From a virus (taxonomy: Duplodnaviria; Caudoviricetes): 63,588 nt of DNA. Both the position numbers and the translations under genes were made by a program. Location: IMG/VR virus record IMGVR_UViG_3300042311_000607, positions 1 through 63,588 of that record. One strand, 5' to 3'. Below the pieces are notes generated by a model. The model was not told the DNA's origin and searched no databases. It saw nothing but the letters and a program-made list of their open reading frames with translations. This document shows, piece by piece, positions 18,819 through 26,949 of the stretch; the stretch's first letter is position 1, and every line of letters starts with the position of its first letter.

Positions 18819-18846
18819 GACCCCTGTTCCCTCAAGGAGTCCATTC

Positions 18847-19959
18847 ATGGCCACGACTACACATGGCGTCAACAGCCCGCAGGCTGTCAAGCGTTTCTCT
18901 GCCACTCTCTACGTCGACCAGGTGCGCGAAAGCTACTTCGGCTCGCGCTTCGAGGGTGCCGGGCAGACCCCCAATACCCCCATTCAGGTGCTGACCGATC
19001 TGGCCAGCGAGGCGGGCGACACCATCCGCTTCGACCTGAGCAAGCAGCTCCGCGGCCGTGCCACCTACGGCGATGACCGGCTCGACGGCAAAGAGGAAGC
19101 CCTGCGCTTCGCTCAGGACTCGCTGCTGATCAATCAGGTGCGTTTCGGCGCTTCGGCCGGCGGCCGGATGAGCCGTAAGCGCGTGCTGCACGACCTGCGC
19201 CAGGTTGCCCGCGCCCGCATGTCCGAGTGGTGGGGCCGCTGGAACGACGAGCTGCACTCAATGACAGCAGCCGGTGCGCGTGGCATCAACGAGGATTTCA
19301 TCGAAGGCCTCGACTACACCGGTATTCCGGACACGCAGGTGTTCCAGGCGCCGGACGCCGCGCACACGCTGTATGGCGGCGCCGCGACCAGCAAGGCCTC
19401 GCTGGCGTCTACCGACAAGATGACCCTGCTGCTGATCGACAAGCTGCAGACGGCAGCCAAGACGCGTGGCGGTGGCAGCACCGACGAGTCGCGTATCAAG
19501 CCGATCCGCATCGATGGCGGCGATCACTTCGTGTTCCTGATCCACCCGTTTCAGGAATACGACCTGCGCACCAACACCTCGACCGGCCAGTGGCTGGATA
19601 TCCAGAAGGCGGCCGCGGGTGCCGAAGGGCGCAAGGGTCCGATCTTCAAAGGCGGCGTTGGCATGTACAACAACACCGTGATCCATGTGCACGAGACGGT
19701 GATCCGCTTCAGCGACTACGGCGCCGGCAGCAACGTCGATGCTGCGCGCTCGATCTTCATGGGCCGCCAGGCGCTTACCAAGGCGTACGGCTCGCCGGGC
19801 AACGACCTGCGCATGAAGTGGCACGAAGAGATGAAGGACCACGACAACGAGGTTGTGATGTCGTCGTCCTGCATCAAGGGTGTCAAGGCGACCCAGTTCG
19901 AGAACAAGCGCTTCGGTATGCTTGTCGCGGACACGGCCGCCGCGGACCCGAACGGCTGA
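18847..19959 (+). CDS. Major capsid protein (N4-gp56-like / DUF4043-like)
   Basis: GDTIRFDL...GDDRLDGKEE.L, HDLR..AR, IHPFQ.YDLR...WLDIQK..., IFKGG.GMYN; AAGGAG SD. Confidence 0.88.
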   Translation: MATTTHGVNSPQAVKRFSATLYVDQVRESYFGSRFEGAGQTPNTPIQVLTDLASEAGDTIRFDLSKQLRGRATYGDDRLDGKEEALRFAQDSLLINQVRFGASAGGRMSRKRVLHDLRQVARARMSEWWGRWNDELHSMTAAGARGINEDFIEGLDYTGIPDTQVFQAPDAAHTLYGGAATSKASLASTDKMTLLLIDKLQTAAKTRGGGSTDESRIKPIRIDGGDHFVFLIHPFQEYDLRTNTSTGQWLDIQKAAAGAEGRKGPIFKGGVGMYNNTVIHVHETVIRFSDYGAGSNVDAARSIFMGRQALTKAYGSPGNDLRMKWHEEMKDHDNEVVMSSSCIKGVKATQFENKRFGMLVADTAAADPNG

Positions 19960-19965
19960 TCCATT

Positions 19966-19989
19966 GAGCCGCCGGCCCGCCGGCGGCTC
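19966..19989 (+). terminator. GC hairpin after the capsid gene (attenuator/terminator)
   Basis: GAGCCGCCGG-CCCG-CCGGCGGCTC; weak U tract. Confidence 0.5.
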
Positions 19990-20016
19990 TCTCCGCACAC
20001 GCACGAGGACACCCCC

Positions 20017-20487
20017 ATGACTGACTTCTACAACCCCGCGACGCTGGTCGGCCCGCAGGCGGTGCCGCGTGAGGCTGGGCAGCTCACGCTGATTCCGTCC
20101 CGCTTCAACTTCGCCACGGCCTCGTATCGCCCCGCGGCGATCGTGGCCACCGACCGAATCCTGATCGGCATCGTCCCGGCCGGCTGCAAGCTGGTCGAGC
20201 ACCTGAGCCGCATTGCGATTCCGGCGCTGGACTCGGCAGGCTCGCCGACCGGTGATTACAGCGTTGGCGTGACCGGGGCCGCGGCCTCGCTCGCCGCCGC
20301 CGCCGCCGCTGAAACCGCCCGAACGCTGACCGTCGCCAACATCCTGGTGCCGGGCAACATCGGCAGCCGCGAGGTGGACACGCCGATCTATGCCGTGTTC
20401 ACCAACAACGTCGCCACCGTTCCAGTCACCGGCACGATCGTCGCCGATCTGGTGGTGCGCGCCTACGACACTTCGATCGACGGCTAA
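20017..20487 (+). CDS. Putative capsid decoration/structural protein
   Basis: GAGGA SD; beta-rich; directly after MCP. Confidence 0.6.
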   Translation: MTDFYNPATLVGPQAVPREAGQLTLIPSRFNFATASYRPAAIVATDRILIGIVPAGCKLVEHLSRIAIPALDSAGSPTGDYSVGVTGAAASLAAAAAAETARTLTVANILVPGNIGSREVDTPIYAVFTNNVATVPVTGTIVADLVVRAYDTSIDG

Positions 20488-20515
20488 GGCGACCGCCAGA
20501 AGCCACCCGTGACCC

Positions 20516-20542
20516 ACACGCCCGGCTTCGTGCCGGGCGTGT
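20516..20542 (+). terminator. 11-bp stem hairpin, intergenic
   Basis: ACACGCCCGGC-TTCGT-GCCGGGCGTGT; no U tract. Confidence 0.45.
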
Positions 20543-20559
20543 CATATGGAGACACCCAC

Positions 20560-21090
20560 ATGAGCACCTTCAAACCGCGTCTTGTCGAATGCCTGCTCCG
20601 CCGCGAAGGCGGCACCGTGGTTCCGTTCGACGCCTGCAGTCGCTGGCCCAAAGGCCGCTACCACTTCAAGCCTGGCGCGATGTCTGATGGCCGGCACTCC
20701 GCCGAGATCGACATCGAGGCCCATTACGAGCGCCTGATCAGCATTCCGGAGTCCTTCCGGCCGGTGCATCCCGATGACACCATCCGCGTGCCAACTCCGC
20801 CGCCACTTTCGCCGCAGGTGCCACTGCCACCGTCCACTGTGCCTGCCAGGCTGTTCGACCCGCCAAACGCGCACCCGCAGGTGCCGTTGCCCCCGTCCGC
20901 CGACGACGCCAGCGACGCTTGGGATCCGACCGCAGTGCTTGCGCTTGGCGTGAACAAGATCCTGGCCATGAGCAAGAGCTACAGCGACGAGCAGATCCGC
21001 CAGCTGATCCAGCTCGAGGGCGAGCGCGAAGACCCGCGCGAGAGCCTGACCAAGAACCTGACCGCCACCCTGCGCGGCCGCGCCGAGTAA
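20560..21090 (+). CDS. Hypothetical protein with duplicated PQVPLPPS linker
   Basis: GGAGA SD; typical post-capsid gene position. Confidence 0.7.
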   Translation: MSTFKPRLVECLLRREGGTVVPFDACSRWPKGRYHFKPGAMSDGRHSAEIDIEAHYERLISIPESFRPVHPDDTIRVPTPPPLSPQVPLPPSTVPARLFDPPNAHPQVPLPPSADDASDAWDPTAVLALGVNKILAMSKSYSDEQIRQLIQLEGEREDPRESLTKNLTATLRGRAE

Positions 21091-21093
21091 GCC

Positions 21094-21792
21094 ATGGAAC
21101 GCCGCACACTTCGCGACAGGCTCCGCAACCGGCTGGCCGACCAGAACGTCCCGCCGCTCTGGAGCGATGCCGAGCTCAACGGCTTCCTGTCGGAGGCCGT
21201 GCAGCAGGCGTGCATTCGTGCGCGCCTGCTGCAGGAGTCCGCCGACCCGGAGCTGACGCGGATCGAGCTGATCGAAGGTCAGTCGCTCTACACCCTGCAT
21301 CCGCAAGTGCTGGCCGTGCGATCAGCCTCGCTGCTGGTCGCGCGGCGCCTGTGCGAGCTGACCACCATGCGGCAGCTCCAGCGGCAGTACCCGGACTATC
21401 AGGTGCGCGGCACGGAGCACACCGGCCGCGACACCTACCTGGTGCTGGACGAGCAGCACGGGCACATCCGCGTGTGGCCCACGCCGCAGGCACCCGCTGA
21501 CGAGGACGCACCGGAAACCCTGGTGCTGACCGTGTGGCGGCTGCCGACCGAGTTTGAGGCCATGGAATCGGACTCTGACGAGCCAGCCATTCCGCCGCAC
21601 ATGCACGAGGATCTGCTCGACTGGGCGGAGCATCTGGCCTACCTCAAGGCGGACGCGGAGACGCGCGATTTGGGGCGCTCCGGTGAATCGGCCGGGCGCT
21701 TCGCGGCCAAGTTCGGCGACTTGCCGAGCTGGCGGCAGATCCAGCTGTGGGGCTTCTCGCCGCGCCGCGGCGCTGCCGCGAGGTTCAACTGA
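21094..21792 (+). CDS. Head-tail adaptor-like protein
   Basis: LWSDAELNGFLSEA, VWPTP, P.IPP.MHE.LLDW...AY.K.D. Confidence 0.7.
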   Translation: MERRTLRDRLRNRLADQNVPPLWSDAELNGFLSEAVQQACIRARLLQESADPELTRIELIEGQSLYTLHPQVLAVRSASLLVARRLCELTTMRQLQRQYPDYQVRGTEHTGRDTYLVLDEQHGHIRVWPTPQAPADEDAPETLVLTVWRLPTEFEAMESDSDEPAIPPHMHEDLLDWAEHLAYLKADAETRDLGRSGESAGRFAAKFGDLPSWRQIQLWGFSPRRGAAARFN

Positions 21793-22202
21793 TGGCCCGC
21801 ACCTTCGGTGAGTACAGCACAGACGTCCCGCTGGGCACGACCTGGGAGGAATCCTTTGTGCTGGCCGATGAGGACGGGGTTGCGCTCGACCTGACCGGAT
21901 ACAAAGCCCGGGCCCAGTTGCGCACGAGCAAGGCCGCACTGGGCGCACCGGTGTTTGAACTGACTAGCGAGGGCGCTACACCGTCGATGTTCGTGCAGCC
22001 TGGCGCCGTCGCTGGGCTGCTGACCATTCTGGTGCCGAGCTCGCAAGTCAGCGCACTGTCGCCGAACAACGCCAAGCTCAAGCTGGTCTGGGACATCGAG
22101 CTGTATATCCCCGGCACCGGCGGCGAGGACGATTACGTGATCCCCTGCATTCAAGGCAAGGTCAACCTGCTGCCGCGCGCAACCCGGGCTGACCTGACAT
22201 GA
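21792..22202 (+). CDS. Putative virion structural protein
   Basis: DLTGYKARAQLR...WDIEL...QGKV beta-sandwich pattern seen in phage tail genes. Confidence 0.6.
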   Translation: MARTFGEYSTDVPLGTTWEESFVLADEDGVALDLTGYKARAQLRTSKAALGAPVFELTSEGATPSMFVQPGAVAGLLTILVPSSQVSALSPNNAKLKLVWDIELYIPGTGGEDDYVIPCIQGKVNLLPRATRADLT

Positions 22203-22678
22203 GCATCACCGTTCGCCGCACTGTGGTGACCGTCCGCGGCGGCAGACAGACCGTGGTGCGCGTGGACCGGAACACCTCGACCCGGATCGCTGCAGGTGTG
22301 GGCCCGCGCGGCCCAGCCGGGCAGGATGCTGCTGGCGCCACCCTGGTGTTGCCAACGGCCACGAGCATCCACGCTGGCCGCGCCGTGCGGCTGGTAAGCG
22401 GCGAGCTGAGCCACCCAAGCACCAGCAACCCCGACCATGCCGGCCAGGTGGCAGGCGTGGCCGAGACGGCAGCAGCAAGCGGCGCAACGGCCCGAATTCG
22501 CACTGCTGGCGTGACCGAGAATGACGCGTGGACCTGGGTCGAAGGGCCTGTATTCGTCGGGAACGACGGGGTGCTGACCCAGGCCACACTGAGCAGTGGC
22601 TGGCTGCTGTCTATCGGTCGCGCACTGGGCGCCACCACCCTGCTGGTCGACATCGAAACACCCATCTACCGGAGCTGA
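22199..22678 (+). CDS. Putative virion protein
   Basis: GPRGPAG collagen-like triplets; G.V....W.W..GPVF.G.DG.LTQ; IGRA. Confidence 0.6.
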   Translation: MSITVRRTVVTVRGGRQTVVRVDRNTSTRIAAGVGPRGPAGQDAAGATLVLPTATSIHAGRAVRLVSGELSHPSTSNPDHAGQVAGVAETAAASGATARIRTAGVTENDAWTWVEGPVFVGNDGVLTQATLSSGWLLSIGRALGATTLLVDIETPIYRS

Positions 22679-22682
22679 CCCC

Positions 22683-23207
22683 ATGGCACAGAAAACCCTA
22701 CAGCTGGTCGGAAACCTTCGGACTGAGGTGGAAGCCATCACTACCAGCGCCGGCTCAGGCGACGCAGGGAAAATCCCCGCCCTCGACTCAACTGGCCGGT
22801 TCGACAGCAGCATGATGCCGGTCGGTATCGGCGCTGACACTGGCACGTACGAGTCCAGCGAAAACCTCACCGCCGGCGATTTCGTGAACGTCTACAACGA
22901 TGCAGGCACAACCAAGGTGCGTAAGGCCGACGCCAGCACCGCATCGGCCGCGCGACGCGCCAACGGCTTCGTGCTCGCGAACGTCACCTCACCGGCGAAC
23001 GCCACGGTCTATTTCGAGGGGCAGAACACGCAGCTCAGCGGCCTGACCGCAGGCACCACATACGCGCTTAGCCACACGACGCCGGGCGGCGTCGTAGCGT
23101 TGGCATCTGCCACTGCTACGGCCGGCCACATCCTGCAGGTGTTGGGCGACGCCGTGGGCACCACCGTGATCAGCACCGAGATCGCACAACCCATCGTGAG
23201 GGGCTAA
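22683..23207 (+). CDS. Putative virion protein
   Basis: GGAG SD; ENLTAGDFVN...VRKADAS...ANGFV...LSGLTAG..Y.LS..PG. Confidence 0.65.
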   Translation: MAQKTLQLVGNLRTEVEAITTSAGSGDAGKIPALDSTGRFDSSMMPVGIGADTGTYESSENLTAGDFVNVYNDAGTTKVRKADASTASAARRANGFVLANVTSPANATVYFEGQNTQLSGLTAGTTYALSHTTPGGVVALASATATAGHILQVLGDAVGTTVISTEIAQPIVRG

Positions 23208-23209
23208 GC

Positions 23210-24208
23210 ATGGCAACGACTATCTTCGGGCTCAACAGCAGCAACCAGGTGGTCGCTGAGCCCACTGTCGAGGTGTCGGCCGGTGCGGCCAATGCAGGTG
23301 GAGTGCCGCGCCTGAATGCGGACGGTGTGCTCAACCCATCCATGCTGCCTGCTGAGATCGTCATGGAGTGGGACACGCCAGGCACCTACAGCGGCATCGC
23401 CCGGCCTGATCCGGCGGCATATCCATGGTGCGATTTTGTGGTGATCGCAGCCGGCGCCGGCGGCGGATCAGGGCGCGTCAGTGACCCAACAGTCGCGGCT
23501 CGCGCAGGATCTGGCGGCGGCGGTGGCCGCCTGATTGGCGGGCGCAGGCGTACGCAGGATTTCCCGACAGCTTTCGATGTGGTTGTTGGGGCGGGGGGAG
23601 CTGGCGGCGCAGCTGTTGGGACTGGCAGCACAAATGGCAACGCAGGCAGTGCAGGCGGGGATTCGTCGCTTGAGCTGAGCGCCGCAACGATTGTGTGTGC
23701 TGGGGGGCTTGGCGGGTCGGGTGGAGCTACATCAGGAGGCTCCGGAGGAACTGGCTCTTCTTTGACGCGCCCAAACATTTTCTCGGATGTTCCGGGGAGC
23801 CAATCAACCAACGGTGGTGGCGCGGTAAACACGACCCCGGGGGAGCTTTCAGTGCCCGACGTTGGGCCCTCGGGTGGCGCGGCTGGTGGGTCGCTGGCGG
23901 CAAACAACACGACCGAGAACTCAGGTGGCAGCTGTGCAAGCCGCATGTTTAGCTCGGCCGCAGCGACTGGCGGCTCCCCAAGCAGCAAAAACGGCAACAA
24001 CGCGTCCGCGCCGTACTCAATCACCCCTCCGATTGCCTCTGTCGGCGGTGCAGGTGGCGCATCCAAAGTAGCAGAGAGCGCCGGAGATGGCGGTGATGGA
24101 ATTTATGGGTCAGGTGGCGGCGGTGGCGGCGCTGCGCGTGACGGCTTTTCATCCGGCGCAGGCGGCGATGGTGGGGACGGCTACGTTTGGTTGAGGTTCC
24201 ACGCATGA
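23210..24208 (+). CDS. Glycine-rich tail fibre/whisker-like protein
   Basis: GAGGGSG, GGGGG and GGDGGDG repeats; distal half has lower GC3. Confidence 0.7.
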   Translation: MATTIFGLNSSNQVVAEPTVEVSAGAANAGGVPRLNADGVLNPSMLPAEIVMEWDTPGTYSGIARPDPAAYPWCDFVVIAAGAGGGSGRVSDPTVAARAGSGGGGGRLIGGRRRTQDFPTAFDVVVGAGGAGGAAVGTGSTNGNAGSAGGDSSLELSAATIVCAGGLGGSGGATSGGSGGTGSSLTRPNIFSDVPGSQSTNGGGAVNTTPGELSVPDVGPSGGAAGGSLAANNTTENSGGSCASRMFSSAAATGGSPSSKNGNNASAPYSITPPIASVGGAGGASKVAESAGDGGDGIYGSGGGGGGAARDGFSSGAGGDGGDGYVWLRFHA

Positions 24209-24810
24209 GCATGCTCGCACTGTTCCTCGCCGCGGCTGGCAGTTTCTCTGACCTCCCCTGGCCGCTTGAGCAGGCGGGCTACTCCGTCGAGTACCACGTT
24301 CACCCCACCATTCCGCCTGACCCGTCTGGTGGCTGGTATTGCATCGTGGACGAGAAGCCGAAGGGCGCAATCTGCTACGAAGTGCGAGCGCTGAGAGGTG
24401 GCAGCTTCTGCCCTGCCGAGCGGAACCTCGGCCCGAATGAGCACCCGATTGTGGAACTGCGGTGGGAAGAGCCGAACACGCAGGGGTACTTCTGGGTGGA
24501 AGGCAACCCGGTCATCCCGCCTGGGCAACAGCCGGATTTCTTCTGGACGCCGACGGTCTGGTTCACGTTCGACCGCTTCGAGATCATCCCAGTCGACCCG
24601 CAATGCCAATCGGGCGCGGGCTGTTCTCGCCTCGCGCACCTGTTCATCAAGAACGCCACCAATGAGATCCTGTTCAGAAACGGGTTTTCCTACCGGTGGA
24701 ACCCCAGTTGGGCGGCCCACACCAGCGCATACCCAAGAGCTTGGGGGGTGCCCTACGGCACCGAAACGCCTTGTCGCGGGTTTTGGGTGTTCGCGCAGAT
24801 CGGTACGTGA
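24205..24810 (+). CDS. Hypothetical protein with hydrophobic N-terminus
   Basis: ATGA overlap; MSMLALFLAAAG; aromatic- and Cys-rich. Confidence 0.55.
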   Translation: MSMLALFLAAAGSFSDLPWPLEQAGYSVEYHVHPTIPPDPSGGWYCIVDEKPKGAICYEVRALRGGSFCPAERNLGPNEHPIVELRWEEPNTQGYFWVEGNPVIPPGQQPDFFWTPTVWFTFDRFEIIPVDPQCQSGAGCSRLAHLFIKNATNEILFRNGFSYRWNPSWAAHTSAYPRAWGVPYGTETPCRGFWVFAQIGT

Positions 24811-24831
24811 GGGGCTGCACAGGAGCAAAGC

Positions 24832-26157
24832 ATGCCCAAGGTTGCTGACGACGAGCTGATCCAGATCGCCGGGTTCTCCGGCCTCAACAACGTCGACCGC
24901 GAGATGGCAGCGGTGCTGGGCGGTGAGGCGGGCGGCCCGCGCGTGTCGCAGCTGCGGACGGCTGAAAACGTCGACATCGACAACGCGGCCAAGCTCCGCA
25001 CGCGGCAGGGGTGGTCGCGGCTGCTCGCTGCTACGGCCGCGCGCGGGCTCTGGTCGGCGGATGGGCTGGGCTGGGGGCTAGTCGCCTTCGGGAGCGAGCT
25101 GCACCAGGTGCAGGAAGACGGCAGCACTGCAGTGGTGGTCACCGGCATCGATCCGAACGCCACACCCTGCTATGCCGAGATCGGCGGCGTCGCGTTCTGG
25201 TCGGATGGCTCCCGCATCGGCCGCGTGTTCGCCGACGGCACCACCGCGCCGGTGGCGTGCGAGCAGCCGGCCGGGCAGCCGCTGGTGAGCCCATCCGCCG
25301 CGGGTGGGCTGCCGGCAGGCACCTATCAGGTGTGCATCACCTACCAGGACGCCAGCGGGCAGGAGTCCGGCGCCGGCCTGGCCGTGGAGCTCGACCTGCA
25401 GGACGGGCAGGGCATCCAGCTCGACGCCATCCCCCAGCCAGCGGTCAACACCACGCGCATCAACCTGTATGCGTCGTCCGCCAACGGCGAAGAGCTGTAT
25501 CTGCGCGGGCAGATCCCCGCCGGCGCCACTGGCGTGGTGATCGGCTACGGCCCAGAGGGTCGGCGGCTCGAAACGCAGTTCCTGACGCCCATGCCCGCTG
25601 GCCAGATGATGGCTGCGGCCAACGGCCGGCTGTACGTCTTCAGCGGGCATGCGCTCTGGTACTCGCAACCGCCCTACTACGGTCTGACGCGCGCCGCGGC
25701 GAACTGGGTGCAGTACGCCGGCCGACCCAGCCTGCTGCTGGCTGTGGGCTCCGCTGATGCGGGCAGCGGCCTGTACGTCACCGCTGGCGCGCGCACCTAC
25801 TGGCAGTCTGGCGCTGACCCGCGGGCCTGGCAGCGCGTAATCGCCTACCCGCACGGCGCGATCGTCGGCACGGGCATGACTGCGCCGGGCAGCTACTTCG
25901 GGCTGGAGACGACGCAGCCGGTCGCGTACTGGCTGGCCGACAACGGAGTGTTCTGCATCGGCTCGCCCGGCGGCGCGGTGTCGCCCTTCTCGGAGCGCGT
26001 CTTTGTCGCGGATCCGGCCGAGCAGGGCGCAAGCCTGCTGCGCGAGGTGGACGGTATTCGGCAAGCAATCACTGTCACTCGGAACCCGATCCGGTCAAAC
26101 TTCGGCCTGCGGGATTCGGCCTCGGCCCGCGTGTTCCGGAACGGAGTGGAAATCTGA
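24832..26157 (+). CDS. Putative tail protein (beta-propeller/nozzle-like)
   Basis: FSGLNNV...LRTAENVDID...TRQG N-terminus; AGGAG SD; position. Confidence 0.6.
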   Translation: MPKVADDELIQIAGFSGLNNVDREMAAVLGGEAGGPRVSQLRTAENVDIDNAAKLRTRQGWSRLLAATAARGLWSADGLGWGLVAFGSELHQVQEDGSTAVVVTGIDPNATPCYAEIGGVAFWSDGSRIGRVFADGTTAPVACEQPAGQPLVSPSAAGGLPAGTYQVCITYQDASGQESGAGLAVELDLQDGQGIQLDAIPQPAVNTTRINLYASSANGEELYLRGQIPAGATGVVIGYGPEGRRLETQFLTPMPAGQMMAAANGRLYVFSGHALWYSQPPYYGLTRAAANWVQYAGRPSLLLAVGSADAGSGLYVTAGARTYWQSGADPRAWQRVIAYPHGAIVGTGMTAPGSYFGLETTQPVAYWLADNGVFCIGSPGGAVSPFSERVFVADPAEQGASLLREVDGIRQAITVTRNPIRSNFGLRDSASARVFRNGVEI

Positions 26158-26351
26158 TGGCGATCAAGGCCGCCCAAAGCGACATTGATCGTCGCCGGGC
26201 CATCTGCAGCGGTGGCAAGGATTCGAAGCCCTGCGACCAGTTCAAACCCGCGACACCACTCAAGCCCTGGGCGCACTGCGGCAGCTGCGGCTGCATGATC
26301 GCCGCCAAGACCGCGCTCGCCAACCAGTCCTGCCCACTCAAGAAATGGTGA
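26157..26351 (+). CDS. Small Cys-rich protein
   Basis: R..IC...C...CGSCGC.I..KT......CPL.KW. Confidence 0.65.
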   Translation: MAIKAAQSDIDRRRAICSGGKDSKPCDQFKPATPLKPWAHCGSCGCMIAAKTALANQSCPLKKW

Positions 26352-26355
26352 CCAC

Positions 26356-26946
26356 ATGAACGCCCTGACCAACCGCCTGATCCGCGACCACACCTTCATC
26401 GACCGCGCGCTGCGCAACCACCACTACGAGCGCGCACCCGGCGGCCTGCGGCTGCGCAATGGCCTGTTCATCGGTGGGCATGCCGAGGTGAGCGTCAACG
26501 GCGGCCCGGCGCTGATCGCGCCCAACCTCGTGGTCGACCAGGGCATCAACTACCTGCTCGGCGCCGGCATTCTGGCGGTGACGCAGGACGGCCAGTGGCA
26601 TCTGGCGCCGTACTCCGGCACCACCAGCGTGGCCGCCTCGCTGACCGCCGCATCGTTTGCCGGCACGCAGACCGAGTTCACCAACTACTCCGAGTCCGCC
26701 CGGCCGAACTGGACTGCCGTAGCCGGCACGAAGTCGTTGACCAACTCGGCCGCGCCGGCGGTGATCACGATCAACGCCGACAACCAGACCATTCGCGGAC
26801 TGGGCGTCATCAGCGTGGGCACGAAGAGCGCATCCAGCGGAATTCTGCTGGCCGCTGTGCCGTTCGGCGCAGCGAAGACCGGGATGAACACCAACGAAAC
26901 CCTGAGCCTGACTTACACCCTCACCGGTGACGACGACGGCGCGTGA
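26356..26946 (+). CDS. Putative tail structural protein
   Basis: NLVVDQG.NYLL, EFTNYS...RP.W, beta-rich. Confidence 0.65.
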   Translation: MNALTNRLIRDHTFIDRALRNHHYERAPGGLRLRNGLFIGGHAEVSVNGGPALIAPNLVVDQGINYLLGAGILAVTQDGQWHLAPYSGTTSVAASLTAASFAGTQTEFTNYSESARPNWTAVAGTKSLTNSAAPAVITINADNQTIRGLGVISVGTKSASSGILLAAVPFGAAKTGMNTNETLSLTYTLTGDDDGA

Positions 26947-26949
26947 TGC

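Noticed and set aside
24816-24827. TGC-ACAGGA-GCA hairpin as a canonical CsrA site
   Set aside because: Only a 3-bp stem and the GGA is simply the SD of the 24832 gene; not distinguishable from chance
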